A stretch of 61,729 nt of DNA, the filler included, from Stramenopiles sp. TOSAG23-6 (Eukaryota): assembly GCA_900128565.1 (NCBI GenBank). It is 2 parts of 2 records of this genome, joined end to end, with 100 filler letters (N's around TTAATTAATTAA, not from the genome) between each part and the next. Parts side by side here need not be neighbours in the genome. Positions count along the whole stretch, not along the records: positions 30,987 to 61,729 come from LT635963.1; 1 more part is not named here. One strand, 5' to 3'. A program made the translations under genes and the position numbers. Shown here in pieces: positions 36,059 through 51,000 of this stretch; within the stretch, counting starts at the first letter, position 1; every line of letters starts with the position of its first letter. The notes beneath the pieces are model-generated. The model was not told the origin of the DNA and made no database searches. It saw only the letters and a program-made list of their open reading frames with translations.

Positions 36059-39000
36059 TCATTTGCCCTGAACATCAGTGTCGTCGTCGGTTTTAGACCT
36101 CCTGCGCCTCCTACGGCGTTCATCTTTTTGGTTCTTCCGTTTAGCAGCCATCAACTTTGCTTGATCTTCATGCTCATCCCTGGCTCGTGATTCTTCCTCG
36201 GCATCTTCAAGCAATGCATCGGTATCTTTCTTGTTTGTTGCTTTTTGCATAGCTTGTTCCCTTGCTGCATGACCAATCGCAGTATTCTCATCATGCACCT
36301 TCATCGACTGTTGCTTTCTTCTTTTTAGTTCCTCTCGTTTACGTTTTCGCCTATTGAAATCATCATCATTTAATTTGCTCTTCTTTCGTGCTATACCGCC
36401 TACTCCTTTTTTATTGTTTTCATTTGTAATAGTGGTAATTACATCCGTAACGTCGCCATCTCTATCAATGTGTAATATCCTACCATCTTTAGATGCTATG
36501 TTCATACTCTTCATACTCTTTATAGTACCATCTCCATGTGATTCTGTATTTTTTACATCAATAGGATCACTCCAAACTATATCCCCAGTAACTGAATTAA
36601 CCCAATAAGGAGCATCTTTAGAACGAGAGTAACTCTTGCGCCAATTCTGAACGGAGGATATAGGAACTACTGTACCTTTTTTCTTATTTTTAGACTTTTT
36701 GCACCATTCAAGTAGCGGCTCGGCGAATCTGTCCCGCATACAAGGAATCATACAAATCATAAGGAGAGCGCCAAATATCAAAACACTAATGTTAGAAATG
36801 ACGAGTAATTGTCCCAAAAATTCATTGTTTGAACATGATGTAGAAGTAGATATTAACAACCCACTGAAAAAGATAAAGAATAACACCATTAGTAGACATT
36901 GTTGTAGTACGTCATCGACATCTGTTTCATACGGTCTCGTATTCATTGCTAGAAGCATAAATAGCACCACTAACAATACACCTAAAATACAACGCTCAAC
37001 TGGCGTTCCTGCTAAAGACAGAAAGCCAGTCATCATCGCTTTTCTTAACATTTCTATTAGTTCAAACCACCAATATTGTCGCTCGTATTGTTCAAATAAA
37101 GATCCGTACACGCGTTTTGTGCGATGATAATGCCTATTTCTAATAAGTTCGGCCTCCGTACCAGATCCTGACAATGCCTTTGTATTAACCAAGTATTCGC
37201 GGCGGGAGTACAATATACAGACATATATAATAGGAATGCCAAAAACGTACAGAGCTATAAAAAGCATAGAAGCTGCTGCAAGTGCTCCGTATATCTCATC
37301 ATTCATATTACAAACAATACTAGAATCATCACGAAGGTAACTTATTCCGTTGACATCAAAACAATTAAATACACGAAAACATCTTGTTGCTAGCCCAGGA
37401 TATAAAAGAAAAACAACGAGATTAAACATTTTCACTGCATTATCTGAAACACTAAGCTTAGAGAATTGTGCCTCGGGGTTTACAGCTTTCAAACAACGAC
37501 ATAATATCACTGCACAGATTAAAATCATTGTAAATAGAGGTAAAACCATCATATACACATAAAACTTTGTGTCGTATTTTGTTGAAAAGTCACATGTAGA
37601 AAAACCTGCAAGAAGATTCATGAAATCTAGATTAATCACTTTGAAAAGGCGAAATAGATCGTCGAAGGCTTGGGGAAATTTGACGCCTAATGAGAAATCT
37701 AGCTGTGACATAATTTGCAAATGTCCTACTACCTGTCTAAGTGTTGCCGCCATTGCAGCAATATCAGCAAAGCCAAGTCCGCTGCCTCCAATACCACCAG
37801 TCATTGACAACATGTCATCTTTTTTTGTCATTATGTCATCTGCTTGTGTATATCCATCCTCCATTGATCTTTTCGTTTTGTTCTTTAAATTTTCAGGATT
37901 ACGAGTTTTCCCTACAGAAGATGCTGCAATATCGATCTCAGCTAAAACATTAACGTTGCGTACAAATTTTGAACCTTTTAAGGATCTTTTACGTTTTAGT
38001 CCTTTAGAAACAGTAGGTGTCTCATGTACATGTTTCTTCATTTGCATCTTGGACCATGTTTTTTCCATTTCTATAGCCCTTATCCACTCAGTGAAAGAAA
38101 TTGCCCCATTATGGTCTGTGTCAACAGCCTCTACCATCGCACTTGCAAGTCGACTATCCATTCCTTTTTTTGACAAGACGTAAAAATAATTCATCTAATC
38201 CAACAACGCCATTACCATCAATATCAATATCATTAAAAATGTCATATAAATCCATGTCAGATGCATCGACCTCTTCAAACGGAGGACGTCTACTGACGTA
38301 CCAAAATGATACCCAAAATGTTATAAAACACACTAAAATGAATAAATATGTAGCTCCGTCAGAACTTCCTCCGCCCTCACAAAGTACACAACTGACCTCA
38401 TCTCCACCTCTTACATAACTTTCAGCACATACACCACAAAGGGGTCCCTCATAACCAACCTTGCAAGTACCCCATGCGCCACCACCATTGCAAGCTTCGT
38501 GAGTTAAGTCTTCCACGAATGTAGTATTTGTTGAAGCTGTAGCAGTTGCTTCACATTCGTCATTGTCGTTTGATTCTAATGTATAAGCACCATTAATATT
38601 CTTACACGTGCGCATTCTTGCTGTTGCGGGTTTCAGTTTGAAGTATGGTCTCTCCTGCCAATAACCTTTCAAAATATGTATTTGCATATTAGGATCATTT
38701 GTCATAAATGCAAGACCTGGTTTCGTGCAATTCATTCCCGTGGTGCACATTGTACATGAAATTGCCAAGGTTTCATCGGATGAAAGATCTTCAATAAGCA
38801 TATCTGTAGCCGGTTTACCATATTTCTGCTGAAAATATGCTGAGTTAAATTGTTCATAACCTTGTACAGGTGGCTCATAAAGATCGACATCGCCTAAATG
38901 AGCATAGTACGATACTGGGCACTGGCAACGATCTTTTGTTTCATTCGTTGTTGCTATAGGATGCCAACAACTATAAGGTGCCTTCGATCCTGCTGGACAA

Positions 39001-42000
39001 AATTGGCCTTCTGTACATGGAACGATACTACTCTCATCTTGACAATACGATCCTGCAGGGCATTTAGTTCTTTCATACGCTCCCTCTGCACAACTGTATG
39101 CAATAGGTCCTTGTACAGTGCAACTCTTTTTCTCTGCCGGTGTTGTGCAATAAAACCCTCTAGGGCACGGAGAGAATTCCCAGCTTGCTTCTGGGCAATA
39201 TTGAGCTGTTGTAGTTCCCCCACAAGCTACTTTAGAATCGCCGCTACTACAATAATAACCTTTTGGGCACTTTTTTGGACTCGTGACGCCTGTATCACAA
39301 AACCATGAATCGACTTCGGCAGGGTCATATATAAAAGGATCTTGGGGCTCTCCTTCCGCTGGTTCTTCGTATTTGCATAGCTTCCTTTTTGAAGGCGAAG
39401 CACAATAGAAACCTTTAGCACATGGGGTTTCTTTAGATGAACCTTCTGGACAGTACATGCCTATTTCACAATCTATCTCAGTTTTTGACGCTTCATTTGG
39501 ACAATACTTACCCGCGCTACAAAGTGTTGCTGATGTTGAACCTTCAGAACAATATTTACCTGCAGAACATGCGCTCTTTTCACTACCATTGCTGCACCAA
39601 TATCCAATAGGACACATCTTGGGATATTGCGTTCCTTCTTCGCAATAATATGACTTACCCTTTGTCATATACGGATCTTCTGATGTTGATGGGTTGTCAC
39701 ATGTTACCTGCTGTGAAGGTGTTGGGCAGTAGTGTCCTTTTTTACAATTACTTTGAGAAATAGAGCCTGGTGGGCAGTATTGTGCCGTATTCTCATCTAA
39801 AGCACATGCTGTTTCACTCGTCGCACCTGCCTTTTCACAAAAGTGACCTGCACTACAACGGCTACCATTGATACTGGTACCATTTTGTTTATTGGTTCCT
39901 CCACTACAAAATTTACCAGCAACACATTCAGTTTTTGCATTGCCATTTTCACACCAGTGTCCTATTGGGCAAAGCAGTGGTTCTTGTGGTTTTGCTCTCT
40001 CCGCAAGACAAAGCCACGCTGTCCCTTCTTGAAGTTGAAGATCAGTGACCTGAAATGTGTCTTGAGGTGGAGCTTCCACTTCTTCGCCCAAATACCAAAT
40101 TTTGCCGGTAGTACAAGAAACTTTTGCACTTGGTATTGGGCAATACCAGCCTTCAGGACAATTTTCTTCATTCTTTCGATTAGTTGCGCTTTCATTTGCA
40201 TGAAGTACACAATACTTTCCTGCATTGCAAGCTTTTTTTGTGGCAGTGTTTTCACAATAAAATCCAGGAGGACAAATACCTTCTTCTTGTCTTTCTTTTA
40301 ACTTTGCTAATCTTTCTTCATTGCTTAGATTCTCGAGTTGAGTATCTGTTAAAAGCGGGCAAAATGAACCTTCTGAGCAAACTTCACGAGAATTTGGCTG
40401 AGCACAGAAATATTTCCCAGGGCAATGTGCCTGGTTTGAAGTTCCCAGTGGGCAATAATAACCACTTTCACACTGATTAGCTTCTGTTGATTGGACATCT
40501 GGACATTCGAAGTTTGCAGGACATTTTGTTGGAACTTCTCGATCAATGCTTTCCTTTGATTTAACAGGAACTTCCGAACAAATATAACCAGAGTTACATT
40601 TGTTCTTTCGAGACGTGTCAGAACAGTAATATGTTCCCGGGCATGACATGCTTCTCTCTCTTTCCTGCCCAGATGCCTTGGGGCAATAAGTACCTCGTTT
40701 ACATTTAGTACGGATTACAGAATTATTGTTTGTAGTACATATCCACCCAGCAGGACAGTCCTGTTCATATGTCCGATCTTGGCGATCCGCGTCACACTTC
40801 CCTTGTGTATCACAACGTTTAACTTCCTCGCCAAATATATTTATACATTCACCCACTTGTGAATTCTCTTTATTTACAAGCCAAAAGTTTGGCCCATTAC
40901 TCCATATTGCTGGGGATTCACAATCATCTTTAGCTCGTGTTTGGTCATTAGCATTAGGATCCTCCACCGCTGAAGTATTTTTGGTGAATGCTCCATTACT
41001 ACAGACATCCGCACGTAGTCTTTGTATACGGGCATTTGAACCAAATCCCACACATGAATCATCAGCTTGATTATATCCAACACATTGTGCATCGTTCAAA
41101 CATTTTTTGGCACAATCCATTGCTCCATTTATTGTCACGGTATTATCTCCATCTGCGACGTAACAATATGATTTTTTCAGGATATTTTATGAAATCACCA
41201 AAGTCCCGACATGTCCCACGGCTGCTACAGTATGTACCAGGACCACATACCGTTTTACTACTTGTAGTTGGACAATAAAATGAATCAGGACATTCTTGTT
41301 GTTGAGTTTGTCCGGTTGGACAGTAGTAACCGATGTCACAAGATTCAGGTTCTTTTGTGCTTACCGGGGGTTTCCATTCTGTTCCTTCAGAGTCACAAGA
41401 ATCGTATACATTGCTAATCTCCTCATTTGAGTTTTTATCCACACAATATCCCTCTGCCCCAATCATTTCTTCAGGACAATATTTCCCTGCAGGACATTCA
41501 GTTTCTCCCGTTGAACCCTCAATACAGAAAAATCCAGCCCTGCAGTTTTCCTTTAATAGTGTTGTTTTACAAAAATAACCTGCGGGGCATTTTACTTGCT
41601 CGTAACCCGAGCCACCACCACGCAATTTTCGGAAATTTACACGATCCTCGCCACAATAATGCCCAGGGGTACATTGCTCTTTTGTGTTAGGTTCTACGCA
41701 ATAATATCCGGCTGGACAAGGTTGTTCTTTTGTACGCGATGAGTGATCACCATAATTGTTTGCAGCGGCTCCTCCAGAAACTTTTGCGGCTCCTCCAGAA
41801 ACTGCGGCTCCTGCTGAAACTGCTGAGTTAGCGGCCACCGCTGAGTTACCGGCCGCCGAGGAGTGCGTTTTACAATACGAGCCTTGACTGCATGTTTGAG
41901 GTTCAGCATCTGGTGTAGGACAATAACTTCCTTCTGGACAATCTAATGGTCGAGTTCTTATTTCTCCTCCGGGACAATACATTCCATCGGGGCATTTACT

Positions 42001-45000
42001 AAGTTGAATAGAACTTTGGCAAAAGTAACCAGCTTTACATTTTCCTTCCTTTTCGGCATCTTTTGTATCTCGCTCAATCATTCTACAAATTTTTCTTTCA
42101 CCCTCTGAGTCTTGTACTTTGTGGGTATATTCAAGGCATGCTAACCTGTTTTGTTGGTGGCATATTTCACTCAGACCTGCTTGTGCTTCACAGGATGCGA
42201 CCCAAATTCTTTCCGTAACCGACCTTTTAAAAACACCGTTGCAAGAATTTTCTGTGGTTTTACTACTATCATTGCATGTGTTGTTAGTATAATCCCATAC
42301 TCTATCAAAATCTTTCATAAAAGGCCCACCTTTGCAATCTGTCTCTGTAGTTTCATTAGGGTCATTACAAGAAAATACCTTTGTGCAGTGAGTTGGACAC
42401 AATACATTTCCTTCTACAATAGTACTGGGACAATCCATAACTTCACATAAACCGGAACAAAAAGCACCTGCTTGACATACATCGGAATCATGAGTTTGTG
42501 CTCGATTAGGACAGAATCTGCCATCTCTACATGGTCTACAAGTAGGAGTGTGAATTAATGCGCTGAATTTTCCAGCTTCACATTCTTCACACTTGAAACT
42601 ACCATCATCCTTTTGTGTATAATGCTCACCTGGACCACATGTTAAAGCCAACTTTGCTTCACTAAAATCACCTTTACCTTTATCATTTTCGGCTTGAACG
42701 CGTACAGAAATATTTGTCGTTCTGTTGACAGTCATAGTATGAACTACATTAAAAATACGCTCTGCGCCAGAAGAACAACCCCCAACATTTGTTTCGCCAG
42801 ATGCACCAACATTGAAATTGAACCCAGATATCATAGCCCCTCCATTTTCCGGGCACGTATACTTTACTTCAATGGTCAGTCGTGTTGATGAGTCAGTTGT
42901 CGTGGCTGATTTTATAAAAGCTCTCAATATTGTTGGTGTTTTAGGAACAGTTGCGTCTAACGCTACATTGAATTCTGCCGTTAAATCTGTCCTTCCTAGA
43001 CTATTTTCACCCCATGCAGTTATTTTGGCACCTCTAGTTCCCTCTTCAAGTCTAGTGACTGCAATTGATGACCCTGTCTCTACACTAAGCCACAACTTGT
43101 ATTCACTTGATGATGTACACGAACAACTAGAATTGTTCCAGCTACATGCCGAATCACTATTGCAATCAGACTCCTCCAAAGAAGTGCAGCTACATGGCTT
43201 ATCCTCAAGAGTTGGGTTAAATGTGCCCGTTGTAACATCTCCGCTGCGAGAAGTAGTAATCATGGCTAACTCCCCCATCCGTTTTCCAGATAAGAATTGT
43301 ACAAGTAAGTTTTTATGGTCATCATTTGTGTCTGGATCAATATACGCACCTAATTCAAACGCATCGAGTTCAGTGTCAATAAGTGTTCCACTCAAATCAC
43401 CATTGATAAATGTGTGAAATATAACATACTTGTCAGATTCGTCCTTTCCAAATGCCTTACCATCTTCGTTCACTCCATACAAGGCTGGCAACTCGTACAC
43501 AACTATAGTTCCAGCAGCAGCAATATATTGAATTTGAGGTTTTGTGTATTTACCCACACGCCCATCCGGTTCCCAGAGAGGTACAGATGCAAGAACACAC
43601 ACTTGATTATCTGCATCATACGTAAATATAATTCCTGCATCAACACATTTGGAAATTTTTTCTTCAATATCTAAATCTTCTTCGACATCTCCGCATTCAC
43701 CGGCATTGATAGCAAATAGTGAACATTCCTCTTTACAATGATCTTCATTGTAGTCGCCATCGTGTTCTAAATAACAACGACGCTGATTCCATACATTGTG
43801 AAAAAATATTTCAAAACAAAATCGTTAGGTACGAAATTTCGTACAAAAATTAAATTCGTAATTGAAAAAAAAATAAAACAAACATGGTTTCTCTTCTCCA
43901 ACATTTAGCGTATGTGTAATAGATTCTTGAGATGATCCCCAACATACATTATAGTTCCTATCTATTGGTGCAATCTTGCAAGAGTTTCCTAAAACACTTA
44001 AACAATTGGACACATTCTGATTTGGACATTTATCTGAACACACGTCATCGACCCATTCACAAGCACTCCCTATATCAAGACAATCACTACTGTTTAGGTG
44101 TGCATAACAAGGAATATGATATTTTCTTATACATTGTGGTGAAATATTAATCAACCCAATATCGTTACTAGAAAATTCAACTTGTTGTGTCATTCCTGGG
44201 GCTTCAATACCGAAAATAGTATAACTTATGGTAGTGTCCTCAATATCGGAAATTATTGGGGCATCCCACGTAACGGTAATTGTACTGCGCTCTGCGGTTG
44301 TGCTGCTGGTGGTTATTTTTGAAAAATATAGAATACTGTCAACAGTAAACTTAAACTTCCAACCAACGTAGTGATGCAGCGTAGGATTGAATAGGAAATT
44401 TTCTGGTGCATCAAGTATTGTAGACATGCGGTTTGCGCATCCCGATATTTTAGGGCATATTTCTTTACTCATCGTACTACACTGACAATTATTTACATCA
44501 TATGTGTTGCATTCACATGTTTCATCATTGGAATTATATGTACAATTGTCGTCACTTGAGCATTCTGAGACACTTTTGCTCTCACAGGCACATGTTGTTG
44601 AGCATTTACACGATTCATCCCAATGACAACCACCAGTGGTGTCACATTCAGATTCATCATATTGTTCACAAGTACAACTGCAATTACCAAAACAACGACT
44701 TTCAATATTTGAAAGTGATCCTGAAATACCTGTGACAGCTTTGTCACACGGCGCAGTAGTTACTTTGACATATGGCCTTGGCGAAGTTTCTTCAAAATAG
44801 TCAATAATGAAATGCATTTTATGTGTTTTAGTAGGAGAAAGAATTTTGTCCTGTTTTGACCAACCAAACATATCATCAATCATTGGAACCCTGGTGATCT
44901 GTAAAGGGGTATCTTCTGAAATAGCATTATAAAATTCGTTATCATTCTCTAAAAGTTTATAGCAAACAGACACGTGGTCATCTTCGTCTTTATTTTCGCT

Positions 45001-48000
45001 ACTCCATTCACTTAGATCTACTCGATCTAATGTAACTCTAGCTTCTGAATCGTTTATATATTCCAAACGCTCGTCGTGGGCTACCTCTCTAGAATCTTCG
45101 TCACATATGCTATTATTTTGATTCCCCATTGCTGCAATTTCTACATAAGGCATATTATCTTCAATGACATTTTTAACCGTGAATGTCAAAACAGACGGCC
45201 ATCCGTCTGCGAAGGATCCTCCAGAATATGTAACAGAAGGTGGTGGCTTTACTGTTATCGTTTTATCTACGATTTTTTTCCCATGTAGAAAAATCAACTT
45301 GGCGAAACTGATAACAAATTGAAAGAATTTTTTCTTCAACAGTTGGTGGCACAACAAATCGACCTGGTTTTAATGCGGTCATTTTTACAGCGTCGGTGTC
45401 CTCGTACTCAGTTATTCCAGCCATGCTTGGAAAACCGGGTTCATTATTACAATTACTATTCACAAATTTCACGGCTGGTAAAACTCCAGCAGAATCAAAA
45501 TTCTCGCCACTGAATATAATTTCGTTGTCATATAGGGATGCTACTTCATCCGCGTCAAATGTTTCTATAGATGGAAGAGTTTTCACTTCAATGTCTATTC
45601 CACTTTGTTCTATATATTGGCCACCTTCAATTTTGATACATATATTATATGTCCCGATACTCACATTATCGCTATCAGCAGACAGCGTAACACTTCCAGT
45701 GTTTGCGAATTCGAAATTTATTTCCCCTTCAATAACTGAGTCGTCAGAGCATTCATCTTCTTCAGAAACGATTTTCACGTATACCGGAAAAGTATCATCT
45801 GGAAAGTTCTCCATTTGGAATAGAAAACTTGTGTCTACATCTTGATACATCACTGGTGTTCTTGATTCTTCAGTATTTCCAACCCATAATATATAATCAC
45901 TTGAATTATCGCTGTTGCCTTCTGGTGATATTTTGGTTTTGAATATCAATTCATTTCTATTTTCATTGAAGTGTGCTGGATGTAATGTGTTAACTCGAAT
46001 TCCACTAGTGAACTGAACTGTTATTTCTTCATATGTGTTGCTTCCCTCGATGTAATAAAACAAATTATCAGTGTATGTGATCTTATCTACGTCATCATCT
46101 GACAATGTTCTAGATTCAAAAAGATGACTCTTTGTAGGCATGTATAAAATATCATCGATGGTAGGTGCGTCTCGTATATCAAGAGTATCTCTCAACAATA
46201 TAAAATCATCAACACTGCATGGATTATCATCAGGAGTGTAACAATAACATATTTGAAAACCCATTCCTGCCACCGCAGGCACCGGTGTAAGTGTAAATGT
46301 CCAGGTGGACGAATCGGCATCGTATACAAGTAATCCTTCAACATGATCAGATGAGTTGTCAGTTACGCCTGATCCTGTTACTTTTCCTGGTAAGCTAGAC
46401 TCTGATCTCGAATCATTGCATTTTTTTCCCTTTTGGAGGACCCTCAAATGTATTGATGGAGATGATTCATCTCTCATATTTACATCAAAAGTTAATTCCG
46501 TACTTGCGTTCTTTTTTACTATAGATAAACCATTAATTCCTATCACTCCTGGTTTTACTTTACTGTCATTAAGTTTGGAACAATTACCCTTTGATCCTAC
46601 TTTTCCATTTGAATTTACAGCATATACACATAAATGTGTATAATCTATAATAGTACCATCTTGTTCATCTCTTAAATTTGTATTGTCTGGTATGGTAATT
46701 GTAAAGTCAGAACTATCTGCTACAGATAATGGATCACCAATAGCCTTAGCAGCAAGACCCATATCATCTAGTGCTACGTACGCTTGATATGCAGCTACAT
46801 TATTTTCACTCAAATCAGTTCGCTCTTCCTGGCTAATGATATCAGCAATTTGTTCTTTCGATAAAGCATAATCATATAATTCTGCCATGTATAAATCCAT
46901 CTCTACATTTGGAGCATCTACGAACTCCATTGAGTTTGATAATACATCGTTTATATTTTGGTTTTGGTGTGCCCATAAAGCTAACACTTGATCTATTTTA
47001 GAGATGTTGCCTTTTCCAAATTTTACAAAAAAATTTGAATCTTTGCTTATTGTATTTTCGCCGTATGCAATGCTAGGCATTGTATGTAATTTCCCACACC
47101 CCTGAGGATGTGCCTCTTGACTGGAAGGACAACAATGCATGAGAGGTAATACTTTATCTGGAAATATTCCATTTATAGAAGTATTCTCGTTTGCACAACA
47201 TTCACCATTTTTACCGCTTTTTACATCATCTGAACAGTTTTGTGAAACTTTATAAAATTTCCCGTAGCAGTAGCAATTACAAGAGAAACACCAATCAGTA
47301 TCTTTTGGATTATAAGTATAACTAGTTAATGTTTTACGTTCTACCGATTGCTGTGACTCAAAATTATTGTGTGTTTTACTGTATATATTTATATCTCCAT
47401 TTGCTTTATATGTGATTGCTGTCAAAGAAACATCTTCATCTGATGGTATATCCAAAGTAGTAGAAGTAGTTCGGTCTTTATATATACTTCCAGGGAATAT
47501 TTCGCGATTACTTGCATCCAATGACAATGAATCATAATTGGTTTGAAAATGACCAGTGAAACCTTTCACTGTAGTAGCTGTCGTATATAATCCATACTTT
47601 ATTGTTTCATAATTATTTTCAGTTGGCTCTTCAAGAATATCATCAAGACTATTTCCATCCATCATACATAGATGAAATTCAAAACCATCGCTTTCACTCT
47701 GAATAATAAAGTGATCACCGGCTTTATATTCTTGTTTGGTCCCAAATAACGTACAATCTGTAGTATCACATTTACAATAAGGCTGGCCGTTAATTAAGAG
47801 CCACCCATGCCGTTTTTTATTTGAAGTTAATCTTCTACGGCGTTTCTGGGCTAGAGGTTCCAGATCCTCCTCTATGGTGTTTTGCGCCCTTCGTCGACCA
47901 TTCGCGTTCCCGTCCCCGTCCACAGAACAATTTCCTTCACCTCGGCGACACTCGCGGGTCTCTCCATGCCAATGAGGACACACAATACCACCATTGTCTT

Positions 48001-51000
48001 CTTCTTGTGTTATTTTATATGTCCTTTCATCATCACAGTCCCCACAATGACCATCCCAATGGCCATGACAATGAACAGGCGGCTTTTCGGGGAAACTACC
48101 ACTAACATGATTTAATCCCCATGATCTTTGTATACCAATGTCTTCTTTAATACGAAAACCACATGTTTTCCCACTGCTTATCCGGATACATTGTAATGCT
48201 GCTTTATTCCCGTCGGCATCAATTATTTTATCCTCTATTGTTTCGAATGTACATTTTGATAAAGGAGCTAACTTAAATTTGTCAAGAGAATCTCCACCTT
48301 TGAGAATAATTTTAGCATCACCCATTACAGGTAAAACCGCATTATGGCCAACACATGTGTGTCGCACACCCGGACCTGTACCTGTACATTCTGTATTTAA
48401 TTCTATATTTAAATTTAAATATCTACTTTTAGGGAATTTTTCAGTTTTAATTTTTCGAACAGCTTCGTTCCATGTATCATCGAGATCTTCTTTTGATAAT
48501 TGCATTGAACTTGTCAACTCACAAAATGTTCCAGTATGAAATTTACCACGTGTATAGTACTCCTCCATTGGTATATGCATTGGTGAAAGCAGTGTTATTG
48601 CTTCACTAACGTATGCATCTGTAAGCTCATCGTCAGTTTTGATTAACACAACCCCAAGATTTCCTTTGGATTGAATAATGCATGGGTCATCATCATAACC
48701 AGGAAAACTTATAGAGTTAACATCATTTATATCACAGTCATCTGGATTAAATTTATCCTCATGAGGAGGGGATGGACACAACCGAAATGATATAGTAGTA
48801 TTTTGCATATATTCTTCGACGTCAACGTGTACAGTATTATCCTCATCACATTTACAATATATAGTTTCATTTCCCAAATATAATCTCTGCCCACAACAAG
48901 AAATGAAAGGTTTATACTTATCGTCTGCACTAGTGTCTCCGTCAGAAACCTCTAAAAAGAGACCAGTACCTGATAAATAATCAGTTAATGATGGAGCGGG
49001 AATATACCCAAAGACACAATTAAACGAAGACTTGCTATTGAATAAAACACAACCATCTTCTTCATCTACATCACATGCCCGTATCGGACAAACTTCAAAT
49101 TGGGGAGTTTGATAATGCCAAAAATCATTATCATTTGTGATTGTAAATATATCTCCATCATTATGCCTTATAGTATTAGGGCGATTGGGAGGATTGGGAG
49201 GGCGATTGGGAGAATACCAGCATTCATCTTCAGGGCAAATAGTTTTTCCATGACTTATAGACGTGTAACAAAATTTTCTGGAATAATCCCATTGACAAAT
49301 ACTATTTTCAAAACACCCATTTCGATCAGTCAATAAGTTGCAGGGATCAAGGCAGGATTGAATAGTTCTTAAAGCATCCAGTGGCAAGCATACCTGTGTA
49401 TCTTCGGCCCATTCGCAACCATTTCCCCCCATCTTACATTTTTCTGAGCTTTTGAAAATGCATTCAGTTGGGATAGTAGCAATATCATAATCTGGTGATT
49501 GGTAATATTTTCTCCTATGCTCGCAATCTGAATTATAAGGAGCACACCCACCGTGACCATCCCCGTAACACATCTTTGCATTTGCTTTTTTCAACCTTAC
49601 CGGAGCCATGGTGATGTTTCATAGTAATTCTTGTGAAACCCGTTCCGAAAGGAGTTCTTTTTTCGTGCGAGGTAGCATCCCCAAGGAAATATAAACGAAG
49701 CATTCCGGTGCCATTTGCCTTGAATTTACATGAAAATCGTTTATGTTTCGCGAGTTTTTCTGTAAAGGAGATACATTGTGTGTCAGGATTGACTGGGCAC
49801 TCAATTGCATGCTCGAAAGATGAGTATATATTTCTAGATAAACCATGAACTCCCATTATTTCTGCAGTAGTCTCGGGCGTATCATTGAATGTACTTGGAA
49901 AACTCACCCACGCTAAAAGACTTCTCTCTTTCAAAGTCACGTTGTGATTACTTGGCTCGCTCATTAAAGATAAATTATTACCCGATTCTCCAGTGAATGA
50001 AATGAAATCGCCATAATTATCACTACTTTGTTTAGTATAGCACATAGATTTAGGAACCCAAGTATATGATTCGGTTTCACAATCTTCTTTAGTGGTAAGA
50101 GAACTATCACCATTACAAGTACCATAGTTGCAATTGGCCACACTCAAATGCAAATTGCCGAGAGAATCTTCCATAGTCTTTTCTCCATTCCTTTCAAATG
50201 TCCATCGACTTATTGGTGGTGGCGGTGCAGACATAAAAACAGATGGATCAAGACGACTTTCGATCGTGCTTTTTACATCTTCAAAATTAAGTTCTCCCCC
50301 AATCTGAGTCTCATCGCCATCTGTATCTGAAAATGTGAGATGACCTGGATAAAGATCAAATAAAATTGAACCGTCATCAATACAAGAAATACAACGGGTA
50401 CTTATCTCTTGACCAGAAGCAGAAAAAACTACTAATACATATATAATCATAGCCGTCAGGTTTACTAGTATTCTCTGGTATATCAATTGAATAATCAGTG
50501 TTTGTGGCAGGAATAATCGTTTTATACGCAATGGTTTTAACGGCGAAAGCAGGGCTATCCATTGCATTCCGAGTTGCAAGGAATACTTCAAATTTAACAA
50601 TCCCAGCAACACTGTTATATGTGCTGAAATTGAATGCCCCCTTTATTTGACCCGTGTGCCCATCTAAGTCTTCGAATGACAATGTAGTCATTTGTAAATT
50701 TGAACATTCTCCATATATACTTTTATGCGACTGTGTAATCGCTAAATCTGAGTCTTGACACGCATGACACATTTGCGAATTCTCTAATTCCCCACACCCA
50801 TCACAAGAAGCACTACATTTCAAATCAGTCCATGTTCCTTCTTTCATATTCTCACAATGATATTTCAGATTTTCTTTACTAAATACATTGCTAAAACTTT
50901 GTTTTATAGCTGCATAGTCTTGATTGGAAAAAGAAACATCACAATATCCTGATCGGATTTCAATAGGGTTTGATTTTACAGTAAAAGCTGCGGAGGGAAC

